64,000 bases of DNA from Candidatus Hermodarchaeota archaeon (lineage in GTDB: Archaea > Asgardarchaeota > Lokiarchaeia > Sigyniarchaeales > SOKP01). The stretch covers positions 1-64,000 of the forward strand of contig JBHLLG010000006.1 in NCBI GenBank assembly GCA_048885925.1, written 5' to 3'. This document shows positions 8,190 to 17,726 of the stretch, one piece after another. The notes beneath the pieces were generated by a model that was not told the DNA's origin, made no database searches, and saw only the letters and a list, made by a program, of their open reading frames with translations. The translations under genes and the position numbers were made by a program. The number at the start of each line of letters is the position of its first letter. Position 1 is the stretch's first letter.

Positions 8190-9398
8190 TTAAAGGAAAA
8201 GATTAATTAACGGAAGTAGTTGCTCTTTAAAGTAATCTATTTTTCCTTCAACTAAATTCGGGTTCTGAGTAAGCATCCATAAATATACTGGTATTTGTAA
8301 TTCAGAATAATCAAACAATTTTTCACCTCGAATTGTAAATCCGTTAAGTGGTAAGTCTAATCGTATTGATTTTTCTCGTATTAAACCAATAGAATTATAA
8401 AAATTCGAGAGAGTTTGTAGTAACAAAGCTGTATTATTGACCAGCATTTCATCCGTATCTGTACCTGTATAACTTCCAAAAATTAGTCCATCCATTGAAA
8501 CTATGCTTGAAGCTTTTGCTTCTACTTGATGCGTAAATTCTTCAAGTATATGTTCGATAATTTCAGAAGTATCAGATACTTTTTTTAATGCAACACTAAA
8601 CATTTGCATTATAGTTTCTCTCTGAAAAATTGTTGTATCAGTATAATCGACTGAGAACTCTTCAAATTCATCTACAATACTGTTAAATTTATTTTTTATA
8701 CTTGTTACATTTTGTTGCCATTGGAGTGTTTTACGCACATCTTGATCACTTTTACTTAATACTACTAGAATCGAGGGTTTTTCATGTAATTCTTCTAAAA
8801 CTTTTAAAACTTCCCTAAAATAGTTTGCAGCCTCAGGAATTCTATCGGGATCTTGACTATCAACTACATATAGTACAATATCTGCTTCAGTAAAGAAAAG
8901 TTCAGGTCTATTAAAGTATAATTTTTCTCTATATTGTACTTGTCCACCAAGATCCCAGCTGATTATTGGATATCCAAAGAAATCCAACTTCTCCCTTTTT
9001 ACACCTCTTGTTGGTAGAAGTGATTTAATAATTGAGAATTTTTCTTGAACTAATGCGAGAATAGATGTTTTACCGCCATAATCTAAACCGATCATTAATA
9101 ATTTCTTATGTCTTTTTAGTTGTTCTTGTACATTTTTTTTAATTACTTGAGCGATTTTCACCCATTTTTGTAATATTGTTGGAAGAATCTCCTTTATCTC
9201 AGGTAAATTCGATAATGATACTGCAGCTAAATCTCCTATTGTTTTTATTCCATTATTAATTAAGTGTTCTGAATTTACATTATCAATTCCTATCAAAGTT
9301 TCTGGTTTGAGTCTTAAAACTTCTTCGAGTTCGTTTATTAAAACATTGCTTTTAAAAAAATCTTTAATAGCAACATTTTTACCAGTATTTTCTGACAT
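8190..9398 (-). CDS. HhH + Arf-like small GTPase + roadblock-like domain fusion
   Basis: HhH-like LIGIDNVNSEHLINNGIKTIGDLA; G1 GLDYGGKTS, G3 WDLGGQ, G4 SKSD; roadblock-like ASSIVSMDGLIFGS. Confidence 0.85.
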   Translation of the reverse strand: MSENTGKNVAIKDFFKSNVLINELEEVLRLKPETLIGIDNVNSEHLINNGIKTIGDLAAVSLSNLPEIKEILPTILQKWVKIAQVIKKNVQEQLKRHKKLLMIGLDYGGKTSILALVQEKFSIIKSLLPTRGVKREKLDFFGYPIISWDLGGQVQYREKLYFNRPELFFTEADIVLYVVDSQDPDRIPEAANYFREVLKVLEELHEKPSILVVLSKSDQDVRKTLQWQQNVTSIKNKFNSIVDEFEEFSVDYTDTTIFQRETIMQMFSVALKKVSDTSEIIEHILEEFTHQVEAKASSIVSMDGLIFGSYTGTDTDEMLVNNTALLLQTLSNFYNSIGLIREKSIRLDLPLNGFTIRGEKLFDYSELQIPVYLWMLTQNPNLVEGKIDYFKEQLLPLINLFL

Positions 9399-9617
9399 TA
9401 CGCATCAAATTAATTATTTTTTTTTTTATAACTTATATTCTTATGTTTAATAGTAAAAAAAGGTATTATTAAATATATATTGCTTTGTAAAAAAAAACTT
9501 TATCTAATTGAAGCAGTATTAATTAATTAGTAATTAATAAACATTTAAAAATCGATTGAATCAATAAGGGCTTATACTGTTTTTTGAGGAGTATAGCTAA
9601 TAAAAAGTTAAAATAAG

Positions 9618-10823
9618 ATGTCAGAGAATAGAATACCCGAAAATCTCGTTATTTGCATAGATGCATCAAGATCGATGTTTAAAAAAGATTTTACGCCTAA
9701 CCGATTAACATGTTGCATTGCTTCAGCGAAAAGATTAATTGAGGAGAGGTTCAGTTTAGATAGTTTAAGCTCATTTGCTTTAATAAAATTTTCTAATAAA
9801 GCGAAAAAGATTATATCTTTTACAGGTTCAAATTTTAAAGAAAATCTACTTGAAACCTTAAATTCTTTGACATGTAGTGGATATTCAGCTATTGGTGATG
9901 GATTAGCATTATCAATTAAAACACTTGTTGCAGAGTTACGTAAAGCTGGTGCTAAAACACCACGAATTATTTTAATTTCGGATGGAAATCCTATGAAAAC
10001 TGCTGCAGATCCTCTAAAAATGGCACGCTTAGCTCAAGGATTAAATATTAGAATTGATACATTTGGTATTGGAAATACAAGGCAAGAAAATATTCTTAAA
10101 CGAATAAGTGATATTACTGGTGGACGATATTTTTATAATAATGATCTTGAGTCTCTTATTCGATCAGCACGAGAAATAGCTGATGATAATTATAAAATAT
10201 ACGGAGCAAAAAAAGAGAATTTAATCGAAAATCCTGCTTTTCTTAGGAAAATTGCTGCAGATCTATTGAGAGTTCAAGATTTAACGAAAGATCAAGAACA
10301 ACGCGCTAAACAAATACGAGGGGAAGTAGACTTTAAGAAATGTTCAATTTGTTTTTCTGATCAAAATCCATATACTAAAGGCTCCTTCTATGTTACCGGT
10401 AGATATTGTCCCAATTGCACAACTCCCTTTCATATACATTGTTTAGCAGCATGGGCAGATTCTCAAAAAGATCATCAAGTACGGCGATCTGGTACTGCTA
10501 GGTGTCCACATTGTTTTTACCTTCTAAAAATTCCAATAGAAGTTACTCAAATTCAAAAATTAAAAATTCTTACCAAAACTCCAAAAGAAGAGGTCGTTCA
10601 AAAACCCGAAATAATACCCGCTAAATATATTCAAGATGTTAGTATACTTGGAGAAGAAGCTCTTTTTAAAGCATGTCCTATTTGTAATCTAATTTTTGAG
10701 AAGGGACACCCAGCAGTTCAATGTGGTAATCTCCAGTGCAATATCCTCTACCATGAAGATTGTTTTAAGAATTTGACAGACGGGCATTGTAAGAATTGCG
10801 ATTTCAAGTTGCACCTTTATTAA
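9618..10823 (+). CDS. VWA domain protein (Rpn10/Ssl1-like N-terminus) with two C4HC3 RING-variant fingers
   Basis: MIDAS motifs DASRS and ISDG, plus DFTPNRL. Fingers CSIC...CPNC...FHIHCL..W...CPHC and CPIC...CGNLQC...YHEDC...CKNC. Confidence 0.85.
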   Translation: MSENRIPENLVICIDASRSMFKKDFTPNRLTCCIASAKRLIEERFSLDSLSSFALIKFSNKAKKIISFTGSNFKENLLETLNSLTCSGYSAIGDGLALSIKTLVAELRKAGAKTPRIILISDGNPMKTAADPLKMARLAQGLNIRIDTFGIGNTRQENILKRISDITGGRYFYNNDLESLIRSAREIADDNYKIYGAKKENLIENPAFLRKIAADLLRVQDLTKDQEQRAKQIRGEVDFKKCSICFSDQNPYTKGSFYVTGRYCPNCTTPFHIHCLAAWADSQKDHQVRRSGTARCPHCFYLLKIPIEVTQIQKLKILTKTPKEEVVQKPEIIPAKYIQDVSILGEEALFKACPICNLIFEKGHPAVQCGNLQCNILYHEDCFKNLTDGHCKNCDFKLHLY

Positions 10824-10871
10824 AAGTTCCATTAATAATAATAATTACAATAAAAAGAATTTTGATTAATA

Positions 10872-11126
10872 ATGAATGATAATAGTAACGATTTACAGCA
10901 CCAAATAAGTGTAGCGGCTTACTTTCTTTCAGAGCTGAATTTAACATATGATAAATTATGTTGGATGTTAGCTAAAAGACAACTTTTAGCACAAGGAGAT
11001 ATGAGATATAGGGAGGAACAAAGAGTAAAAGAAAAAGCTGCAGAAATCTATTTTTCAGGACCAACATACGAGGTATTGTGCTGGTTGATTGCTGAGCTTG
11101 ATATTAAGATGAAATTGGGTAAATAA
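10872..11126 (+). CDS. Small protein made of a duplicated AAxx...YxxLCW motif; stand-alone copy of the C-terminal domain of the gelsolin at 36012-36851
   Basis: AAYFLS...YDKLCWMLA and KAAEIY...YEVLCWLIAE match AAFYLS...YNDLCWMLA and KAEQVF...YDELCWLNAE in the gelsolin protein. Confidence 0.8.
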   Translation: MNDNSNDLQHQISVAAYFLSELNLTYDKLCWMLAKRQLLAQGDMRYREEQRVKEKAAEIYFSGPTYEVLCWLIAELDIKMKLGK

Positions 11127-11273
11127 GAGAAACATATTCTATATACTTATTTCATACATATAGAATTATAATTATATTTTTAGCAATTAAAACTAATTAA
11201 TGAAACTTTTTTAAAATTACAATTTATAATCCTTATTATAGTAAAATAACTTGAAAAGCGAGCAAAAGAAAAA

Positions 11274-12173
11274 ATGGTTGAGTCTGAGTATTATTTGTAT
11301 GGTAATATAAAATTAGGAAGAGGAAAATTTAAGTTACCTCCTATTTTAATTGGTACTATTTTTTATCAAAATGAAACTATTGTTGATAGGAGGAATCCTA
11401 AAGTTTTTAATATTGAAAAAGCCAAGAAACGCATCAACACTCAGTTATCTCTATCAAAACAATATAAAATTCCTAATCTAATAGAAATATCCGCCATTAC
11501 TCCTGAATCCATGGTTAAATATTTGGAATTTTATTTGGATCATTTTACTCCTCCGTTCATATTGGGAGGAAATCTTGAATCTAGAATAGCTGGAATTGAA
11601 TATCTCAAAGAACGGGGTATTAAATCAGATCAATATATTTACAATTCTATTTCTAATCTGAAAAATAAAAAGGAAGTAGAAGCGATTCAAAAATTTGGAA
11701 TAAAATCAGTAGTAATCTTAATTCTTGGATCAGAAAATATGACTTCTACTCAAAGATATTCATATATCACCGAAAAAAGTCAACCTAATAATGTGAGTAT
11801 AATAGAGGGATTAAAAAGTATTGGCGTGGAGAAAATTTGGGTTGATGGTGGAGTTATTAACCTAGAAAGCTTAGCCCATATATTAGAGACTCAACAATTG
11901 ATTAGCGAATCTTTAAAATTTCCGGTCGGTACAGCTCCAAATCTTTTTCTTTTTCAATATTCCTCCCCGCGATTGAATCTCAAGTTTCATACAAGATATA
12001 GAAGAGCAAGTATAACATTTATCGTAACTTGGTTTTCTAACTTCATATTTTATGGACCAATTGAAGATGCTAAAGAATCATTTGCTTCCGTTTATCAGTC
12101 AATGGAGTTCAAGAATATACTTAAAAATGCAAATTTAAGACTCTTTAATCATTTTCAACTTGATGAAAGTTAA
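11274..12173 (+). CDS. MtrH-like (tetrahydromethanopterin methyltransferase subunit H family) protein, divergent
   Basis: PPILIGTIFY, IYNSIS, PVGTAPN and FIFYGPIEDA correspond to MtrH conserved blocks. No other mtr genes are adjacent. Confidence 0.7.
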   Translation: MVESEYYLYGNIKLGRGKFKLPPILIGTIFYQNETIVDRRNPKVFNIEKAKKRINTQLSLSKQYKIPNLIEISAITPESMVKYLEFYLDHFTPPFILGGNLESRIAGIEYLKERGIKSDQYIYNSISNLKNKKEVEAIQKFGIKSVVILILGSENMTSTQRYSYITEKSQPNNVSIIEGLKSIGVEKIWVDGGVINLESLAHILETQQLISESLKFPVGTAPNLFLFQYSSPRLNLKFHTRYRRASITFIVTWFSNFIFYGPIEDAKESFASVYQSMEFKNILKNANLRLFNHFQLDES

Positions 12174-12326
12174 AGATTTAATAATTTCAGTAGATTATAT
12201 GCATATAAAAATTGATAAAAAGCTATTAATACTAAGGTTTTAATATCTTAATTAAGACAATTTACATGTAAATTGTATAGAAATTTTAAAAGATTCTGTA
12301 AATATTCGATCCATTGATTTGATAAG

Positions 12327-13475
12327 TTGAAGAATATGATTAATAGTCGTTATGATGATGAAAAAGAACTCGAAGCAATAAAGCTAATAGATCAAGCAGA
12401 AAATCTTGCTGATCGAGGAAAAGGAAAAGAAGCAATCCAATTTTATGAAAAAGCAGCTTCAATATATCTTGATTTAGGAAGTTATATTAAACTAGATGAA
12501 TTATTTGCGAGAATTGCGCAAATTATCTCAAGATATCAAAATAATATTCAAGCTATATATAGATTGAAATCAATAATAAGAAAAACAGAAGAATTGAAGA
12601 TATATGAGGTTACTGCTAAACTTTTAATTCAATTGGGGAATATTGCATTTAGGATGCATGATTGGGAAACTGCCGGAGAATCATGGGAACAAGCCGCTGA
12701 TTATTTGTATGAAACTGATCCTGAAGAATATAATAGTCTTTCATCAGTATTTCTTCTAAAAGCAGGTCAATCATTTGAACGCTCTAGCATAAAAAAAGAT
12801 TGGGGGAAACGTTTAATCTTAAAAGCAGTGATGAAGATACACAAATTTGATGAAATTTATGAGATAGAGGAGAAACGAGCATTTAATTTATTATCTCAAA
12901 AAGAATTTGAAGCATCTGCAGAAAAGTTTTATGACATTGCAACATACTTTAGGAAAGCTTTAGATGATTTAGACAATATAATTGATGAAGAAGAATCAAA
13001 AGAAACATTTTTAAATGCTAAAGCACGGTTCATTCATTTTGTAGCAGAATATCAAACCGTTTCTGCATTATGTTTGAGAGCTTCTGAAAATCGTGCCCAT
13101 AATGAGAGGATTAAAAAATTAGGAATTCAATCTTTTGATCTATTTAAAGAATCAATCTCTATGCTTAAGTCATATCTTTTCCCGATTAAATCAGATTTTG
13201 ACCATGAAGTTGTTTTAAGAATTACTTTTGATACAATGTTAATGGCTATCATTCAAGCAATGCTAGATACTCATGAAATTAGTCCCATTAATTATCTCTT
13301 GGATGGCCTTGATGAAAATAAAGAACTTGTTAAAAATTTAAAGGAATCTCCTTATTATAAAATTACTGAAAGAATAGAAAAGGTAGGAATAAAAGAATCA
13401 TTTGATGACCTTTTAAAGACAAATTTAGGTCATTTTGAATTGATTAAAAACACGCTTATATCCTACTTTAAATAA
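12327..13475 (+). CDS. TPR/alpha-SNAP-like helical repeat protein (likely start ATG 12336)
   Basis: Helical repeats AIQFYEKAASIY, AGESWEQAADYL and ASAEKFYDIATYF. Confidence 0.65.
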   Translation: MKNMINSRYDDEKELEAIKLIDQAENLADRGKGKEAIQFYEKAASIYLDLGSYIKLDELFARIAQIISRYQNNIQAIYRLKSIIRKTEELKIYEVTAKLLIQLGNIAFRMHDWETAGESWEQAADYLYETDPEEYNSLSSVFLLKAGQSFERSSIKKDWGKRLILKAVMKIHKFDEIYEIEEKRAFNLLSQKEFEASAEKFYDIATYFRKALDDLDNIIDEEESKETFLNAKARFIHFVAEYQTVSALCLRASENRAHNERIKKLGIQSFDLFKESISMLKSYLFPIKSDFDHEVVLRITFDTMLMAIIQAMLDTHEISPINYLLDGLDENKELVKNLKESPYYKITERIEKVGIKESFDDLLKTNLGHFELIKNTLISYFK

Positions 13476-13552
13476 GGTTTTAATCTACTAAACTAACTAT
13501 TAAAAAAAGCAATAAATCCTTTAAATTTACTTTAAATTTCTTTTGTTATTAT

Positions 13553-14602
13553 TCAAATGGCGTCTTTTCCAACTATTTTAATTAATTTTTTAATTTCTTC
13601 ATCAGTTTTAGCAAAGACTCCAATGTTTCCAAGTTGAATTTCTTTTAATCCAATTTCCTTAACAGTTTTAAAAGTTTCTATAATCTCATCTAAATTTGGT
13701 GATCGATACAAATGTAATTTATATTGTGGAAAAAAAGCTAAAATATGAAAAGGGATATTCTCATCTATTTCCATAATTAATTGAGCAATTTTTTCAAATT
13801 GATCCATTTCTATAAAATTTGGAATATAAACTGTAAGAATTTCTAAAACAAAGTTCCTTCTAATTATTTCTTTTGGTGAATTTAGAACGGTTTTATTTGA
13901 AGTACCACATAATCTTCTATATTTATCCTCATCAAATGCTTTGATATCAAGCCAAAATGAATCTAATCCTGCTTTTTGAAGGAGATCTAAATTCTTAGGA
14001 GTAAGCCCAAATCCGTTGGTTTCTAAAAGTACATGAAGATTATCACATCTATCTTTTATTTTTTTTGTTGCTTCAGCATAGAAATTTGCCTGACATGCAA
14101 TATCTCCTCCTGTAAATGCAACAATATTTCTGGCGGGTCCAAAACCTTGAGGTCCAAATACAATTTTATCTCGGGAAACTTTATTTGGACACAATGGGCT
14201 TCTTTTATTAAAAATAATACAAGAACCACAATGTTTACATAAATCATTAGCATAATACATTAGAGCACGCTCACGTGGTTCAAGAACTGTAATATACTCT
14301 GCATATTTTTTGCAATTTTCGGCTATATCATCTGTAGAATACCATTTACCATTAAAATGTTTTGAAAATTCCCACGAATGACATTTAAGACAGTTATGAT
14401 TACAACCAGATTGATAAATTGAGAAATAATCCTCCGGTCTTGATAAATGCATAGCAGATATTACTCTATGATATTGATTCTTTATATATCTCAGCGTTGC
14501 TTGGCAGGCTGGCTTTTTTAAATTATCTTTTAAAGTAGTTTCGCAAGCCCCCTTCTGGTACCCTTGCTTTATCATATTACATAAAGAATTTCCATCTTTC
14601 AT
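13553..14602 (-). CDS. Radical SAM protein (PflA/AmmeMemoRadiSam-like activase family)
   Basis: CNHNCLKC, AFTGGD, LETNG, WLDIKAF, FHILAFFPQYK. Confidence 0.85.
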   Translation of the reverse strand: MKDGNSLCNMIKQGYQKGACETTLKDNLKKPACQATLRYIKNQYHRVISAMHLSRPEDYFSIYQSGCNHNCLKCHSWEFSKHFNGKWYSTDDIAENCKKYAEYITVLEPRERALMYYANDLCKHCGSCIIFNKRSPLCPNKVSRDKIVFGPQGFGPARNIVAFTGGDIACQANFYAEATKKIKDRCDNLHVLLETNGFGLTPKNLDLLQKAGLDSFWLDIKAFDEDKYRRLCGTSNKTVLNSPKEIIRRNFVLEILTVYIPNFIEMDQFEKIAQLIMEIDENIPFHILAFFPQYKLHLYRSPNLDEIIETFKTVKEIGLKEIQLGNIGVFAKTDEEIKKLIKIVGKDAI

Positions 14603-14814
14603 GAAAAAAGCTTTTTGAATTGTAAATTATATATTTTTTTTATTTTATACACAAATTTAATTGAAAAATATCAAAAAATTAATTTAAATATGATTCATTT
14701 TTCAATTTGTGATCTTTTTTTATAAATTTTAAAGACAAAATCATCTATGTAGAAACAACAAAGTTTATTAAGATCTAACAATACTAAATAATTAAATGTT
14801 TTAATAAGGAGAGA

Positions 14815-14893
14815 ATGGATAAAAACAATTCTCAAGGCTTCTTCTAAATATCTACAATGTTCAAGGAACAGTAGATAGAAAACAGTAAGCTTT
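14815..14893 (+). promoter_or_regulatory. Leader with SD + 10-codon uORF (MDKNNSQGFF) overlapping a long imperfect hairpin, upstream of the B12-radical SAM gene
   Basis: AGGAG upstream of ATG 14815, stop at 14845-47. Stems AAGGCTT/AAGCTTT, TATCTAC/GTAGATA and TGTTC/GAACA. Confidence 0.4.
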
Positions 14894-14941
14894 CCTTAAA
14901 AAAACTTCAAATAAAACAAAATCGATCGGTAAGAAACAATA

Positions 14942-16525
14942 TTGAAAATATTATATGTTAATCCTGCACGTCTTAGTTCTGGGCTTGATGCCATAATTAA
15001 GGGACCTCCTTTGAACCTTATATCAATTGCTGCTATGGTTCCGGAACATGATGCTAATCTATTTGATTTTAAGGTTCATAAATATAATGAAAAGAGATTT
15101 CGCTCATTATTAAATCAATATGATATTGTGGCTCTTACAAGTATGACACCACAGATCTCTCACGCATTCGAAGTGGCTGAAATAGCAAAAGAACATGGAT
15201 GTACCACCATAATTGGGGGATATCAACCAACTCTAGCTCCTGAATTTGTAGCAAAACATCCTGCAATAGATTATGCAGTTCGGGGCGAAGGTGAATACAC
15301 ATTCCGGGAACTAATAGATTATCTCGACGGAAATAAAACCAATATTTTATTAAAGGATATTGATGGTATTTCATATAAAGATTTAGAAGGTAAAGTACTT
15401 CATAATAAAGATAGAAAATTGGAATCTAATTTAGATAACTTTCCTATGCCACGTAGAGATTTATTAGATGATAGAAAATATATATATTTAGGTGCAAGAG
15501 TTGCTCAACTTGAATCTTCACGAGGTTGTCCACATAATTGTAAATTCTGTTGTATTATAAAGATGTGGAGAAATGCCAATCGTCCTGTCACTTATCGAAC
15601 AAAATCAACTAAAAGAATTATGCAAGAAATTTATGATATCGATTGGAAAAATGATTTTATCTTCTTCTGTGAAGATAATTTTACTATCAAAATAAAGCGA
15701 ACAAAGGAAATACTTGAAACAATTATTCGCTCAGGTGTTCCAAATAAAATGTATTTTTCTTGCCAATCTCGAGTTGATACATTATATCGAAATCCTTGGT
15801 TAATTGATTTAATGCATAAAGCTGGTATGAGGCAAGTATTCCTTGGAATTGAATCAGTTCATCAAAAAAGCCTGGACGCAATGAATAAACAAAATACCAC
15901 TCCAGATATGGTGAGAAAAGTGGTCTCCTCGCTACAAGATCGTGGAATTTCGATTTTTGGAGGGGTAATTATTGGATTTCCCGGAGAGACTAAAACGATG
16001 GTGAGACAAAATATTCAATATGCTAGATCTCTAAATTTAACTTGTATTCAATTTACGCCTATAACAGCTTTTCCAGGAACTGATTTTTATAATGAAATGA
16101 TAGAAAAAAAAATGGTTACTAGTCATAATTACAAACATTACAATTTATTTCATCCAATGATGCGAACAGAACAATTATCTAACTTAGAGATATATAGATT
16201 GGTAGCTGAAGCCTACTCCGCATACTATTTAAGTGGTAATTGGCTTAGGACACTCGCAAAAAGATATTGCAATCCTTTTGGGAAATATAATTGGATGGGG
16301 AGAAATATTCCTCGATTTGTTAAAACTTGTATTGTAAATGGCGTTGAAATGCTTCATACAATGGGAATGACTTCATCAATAATTTCTGAAGAAATGAGAG
16401 AAATAATGGCAAAAGGAAAGAGTAATAAAGTATTGAATATCAATAATCATAAAATTTTTCAAAAACAAAGTGAAGTTATTCCTCTTGTGAAAAAAACAAT
16501 AAAACCAGTAAAAATATCTAGCTGA
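14942..16525 (+). CDS. B12-binding domain radical SAM enzyme (class B methyltransferase/BchE-like)
   Basis: N-terminal cobalamin-binding region (IIGGYQPT, VRGEGE), then SSRGCPHNCKFC, EDNF, FLGIES and IIGFPGET. Confidence 0.9.
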   Translation: MKILYVNPARLSSGLDAIIKGPPLNLISIAAMVPEHDANLFDFKVHKYNEKRFRSLLNQYDIVALTSMTPQISHAFEVAEIAKEHGCTTIIGGYQPTLAPEFVAKHPAIDYAVRGEGEYTFRELIDYLDGNKTNILLKDIDGISYKDLEGKVLHNKDRKLESNLDNFPMPRRDLLDDRKYIYLGARVAQLESSRGCPHNCKFCCIIKMWRNANRPVTYRTKSTKRIMQEIYDIDWKNDFIFFCEDNFTIKIKRTKEILETIIRSGVPNKMYFSCQSRVDTLYRNPWLIDLMHKAGMRQVFLGIESVHQKSLDAMNKQNTTPDMVRKVVSSLQDRGISIFGGVIIGFPGETKTMVRQNIQYARSLNLTCIQFTPITAFPGTDFYNEMIEKKMVTSHNYKHYNLFHPMMRTEQLSNLEIYRLVAEAYSAYYLSGNWLRTLAKRYCNPFGKYNWMGRNIPRFVKTCIVNGVEMLHTMGMTSSIISEEMREIMAKGKSNKVLNINNHKIFQKQSEVIPLVKKTIKPVKISS

Positions 16526-16587
16526 ATAAAATAAATAATGAAATTCAATTACTTTTTACTAATTTAAATTATAGAAATTGAAAGCGT

Positions 16588-16911
16588 TTAAAACTGTATT
16601 ATAAGCTTAGTAAATTTTAATCTTGAAATTTTTTTAACTCCATGAGCCCCTGAAGCATAATCACACGTTATTAATCCTGCTTCCTCAAGCTTTTTTATTT
16701 GTGCTGATATATTCGCTTCTGTCATATCCAAACTAGATGCAATATTCGAAACATCCATCGGTTCTTCTTGAATATAATGAAGTATTTGACGTCTTGTTCT
16801 TGAAGACAGAGCTTTAACAATTTTCTCGATTTGCTCATCTGAATCTATTGATACAGATTCAGTATTATTTTGTAAATTAACCTCTAAAATATCATTATGT
16901 GTGATTTCCAT
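16588..16911 (-). CDS. ArsR-family winged-helix transcriptional regulator
   Basis: KALSSRTRRQIL...DVSNIASSLDMTEANISAQIKKLEEAGLI. AGGAG SD upstream. Confidence 0.88.
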   Translation of the reverse strand: MEITHNDILEVNLQNNTESVSIDSDEQIEKIVKALSSRTRRQILHYIQEEPMDVSNIASSLDMTEANISAQIKKLEEAGLITCDYASGAHGVKKISRLKFTKLIIQF

Positions 16912-17003
16912 AACTCCTTATCCAACCCTTAATAAAATTTTTATGGTTGTCTACAGTAAATCAATATTTTTAACGGTATTTATATTTACCTTGTGTTTCA
17001 TTT

Positions 17004-17018
17004 GTAATCAATGATTAC
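17004..17018. promoter_or_regulatory. 7-1-7 palindrome GTAATCA-A-TGATTAC; candidate operator
   Basis: Exact inverted repeat about 95 bp upstream of the ArsR-like gene, in the divergent intergenic region. Confidence 0.4.
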
Positions 17019-17726
17019 TATATAACTACAATACTTACAATTGATATTAAAAAAATCGTATATCTAAAATAAGATTTTATTTAGATAGATATTTGTCTAA
17101 TGAAATAAATTAAAATATTACTAATATAAACTGTTATTTCTATAAAAATTTTTTAGGTTTCAATTTTCTCTAATAATTTAATTAGCTCATCAATTAAATT
17201 GGACTCAATATTTAACCAAAGAGTTTTTAGGGTTAAATTTTTTGTTATAATAAAAATATCTCCAAAATTTATTAAAAAAATACCATAAAATTCCCACAAA
17301 TATAAATTTTCGATTATTTTAACACTTGATAATAGTTTTTATACCATTTTTAAAATTATAAAAAATTAAGTAGTTCTAATTTAATAACTAAAAAGCTCAT
17401 AAAGTTATCATAAAAGTACAATATTATCTTAAATCGCCTATTGAAAGTTAAGAAACTTATTAAATTATATCTAAACGTAATAAATTAATCTAAATTTACA
17501 TTAATAAAAAATTTTGAAATATATTTCAATAAAATCTGAAATTTTGATAATATTAATAATTTATAAACAATCTAGCAGGAAAAAGTTCCTTATCTATCAT
17601 TTTACTTTAATGTAAAATTTGATGAAAAAAGTAAAACACAATCATTTATATTCATAAGTTACTCTTATTACATATATTATAAATTAATACAAATATTACA
17701 AACAAAAATTGATGAGGATACTATAA

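Noticed and set aside
9570-9598. Small hairpin (TATACT/AGTATA) containing GAGGAG upstream of the VWA-RING gene
   Set aside because: The stem is short and the SD-like sequence is too far from the ATG. It is plausible by chance in AT-rich DNA.
14834-14893. Second BHB intron joining the uORF to the radical SAM gene
   Set aside because: The bulge is 4 nt rather than 3, and an in-frame TAA at 14930-32 blocks any fusion to the downstream ORF.
16912-17726. Replication origin
   Set aside because: The region is AT-rich but has no recognisable ORB repeats with G-strings and no adjacent cdc6/orc1 gene.
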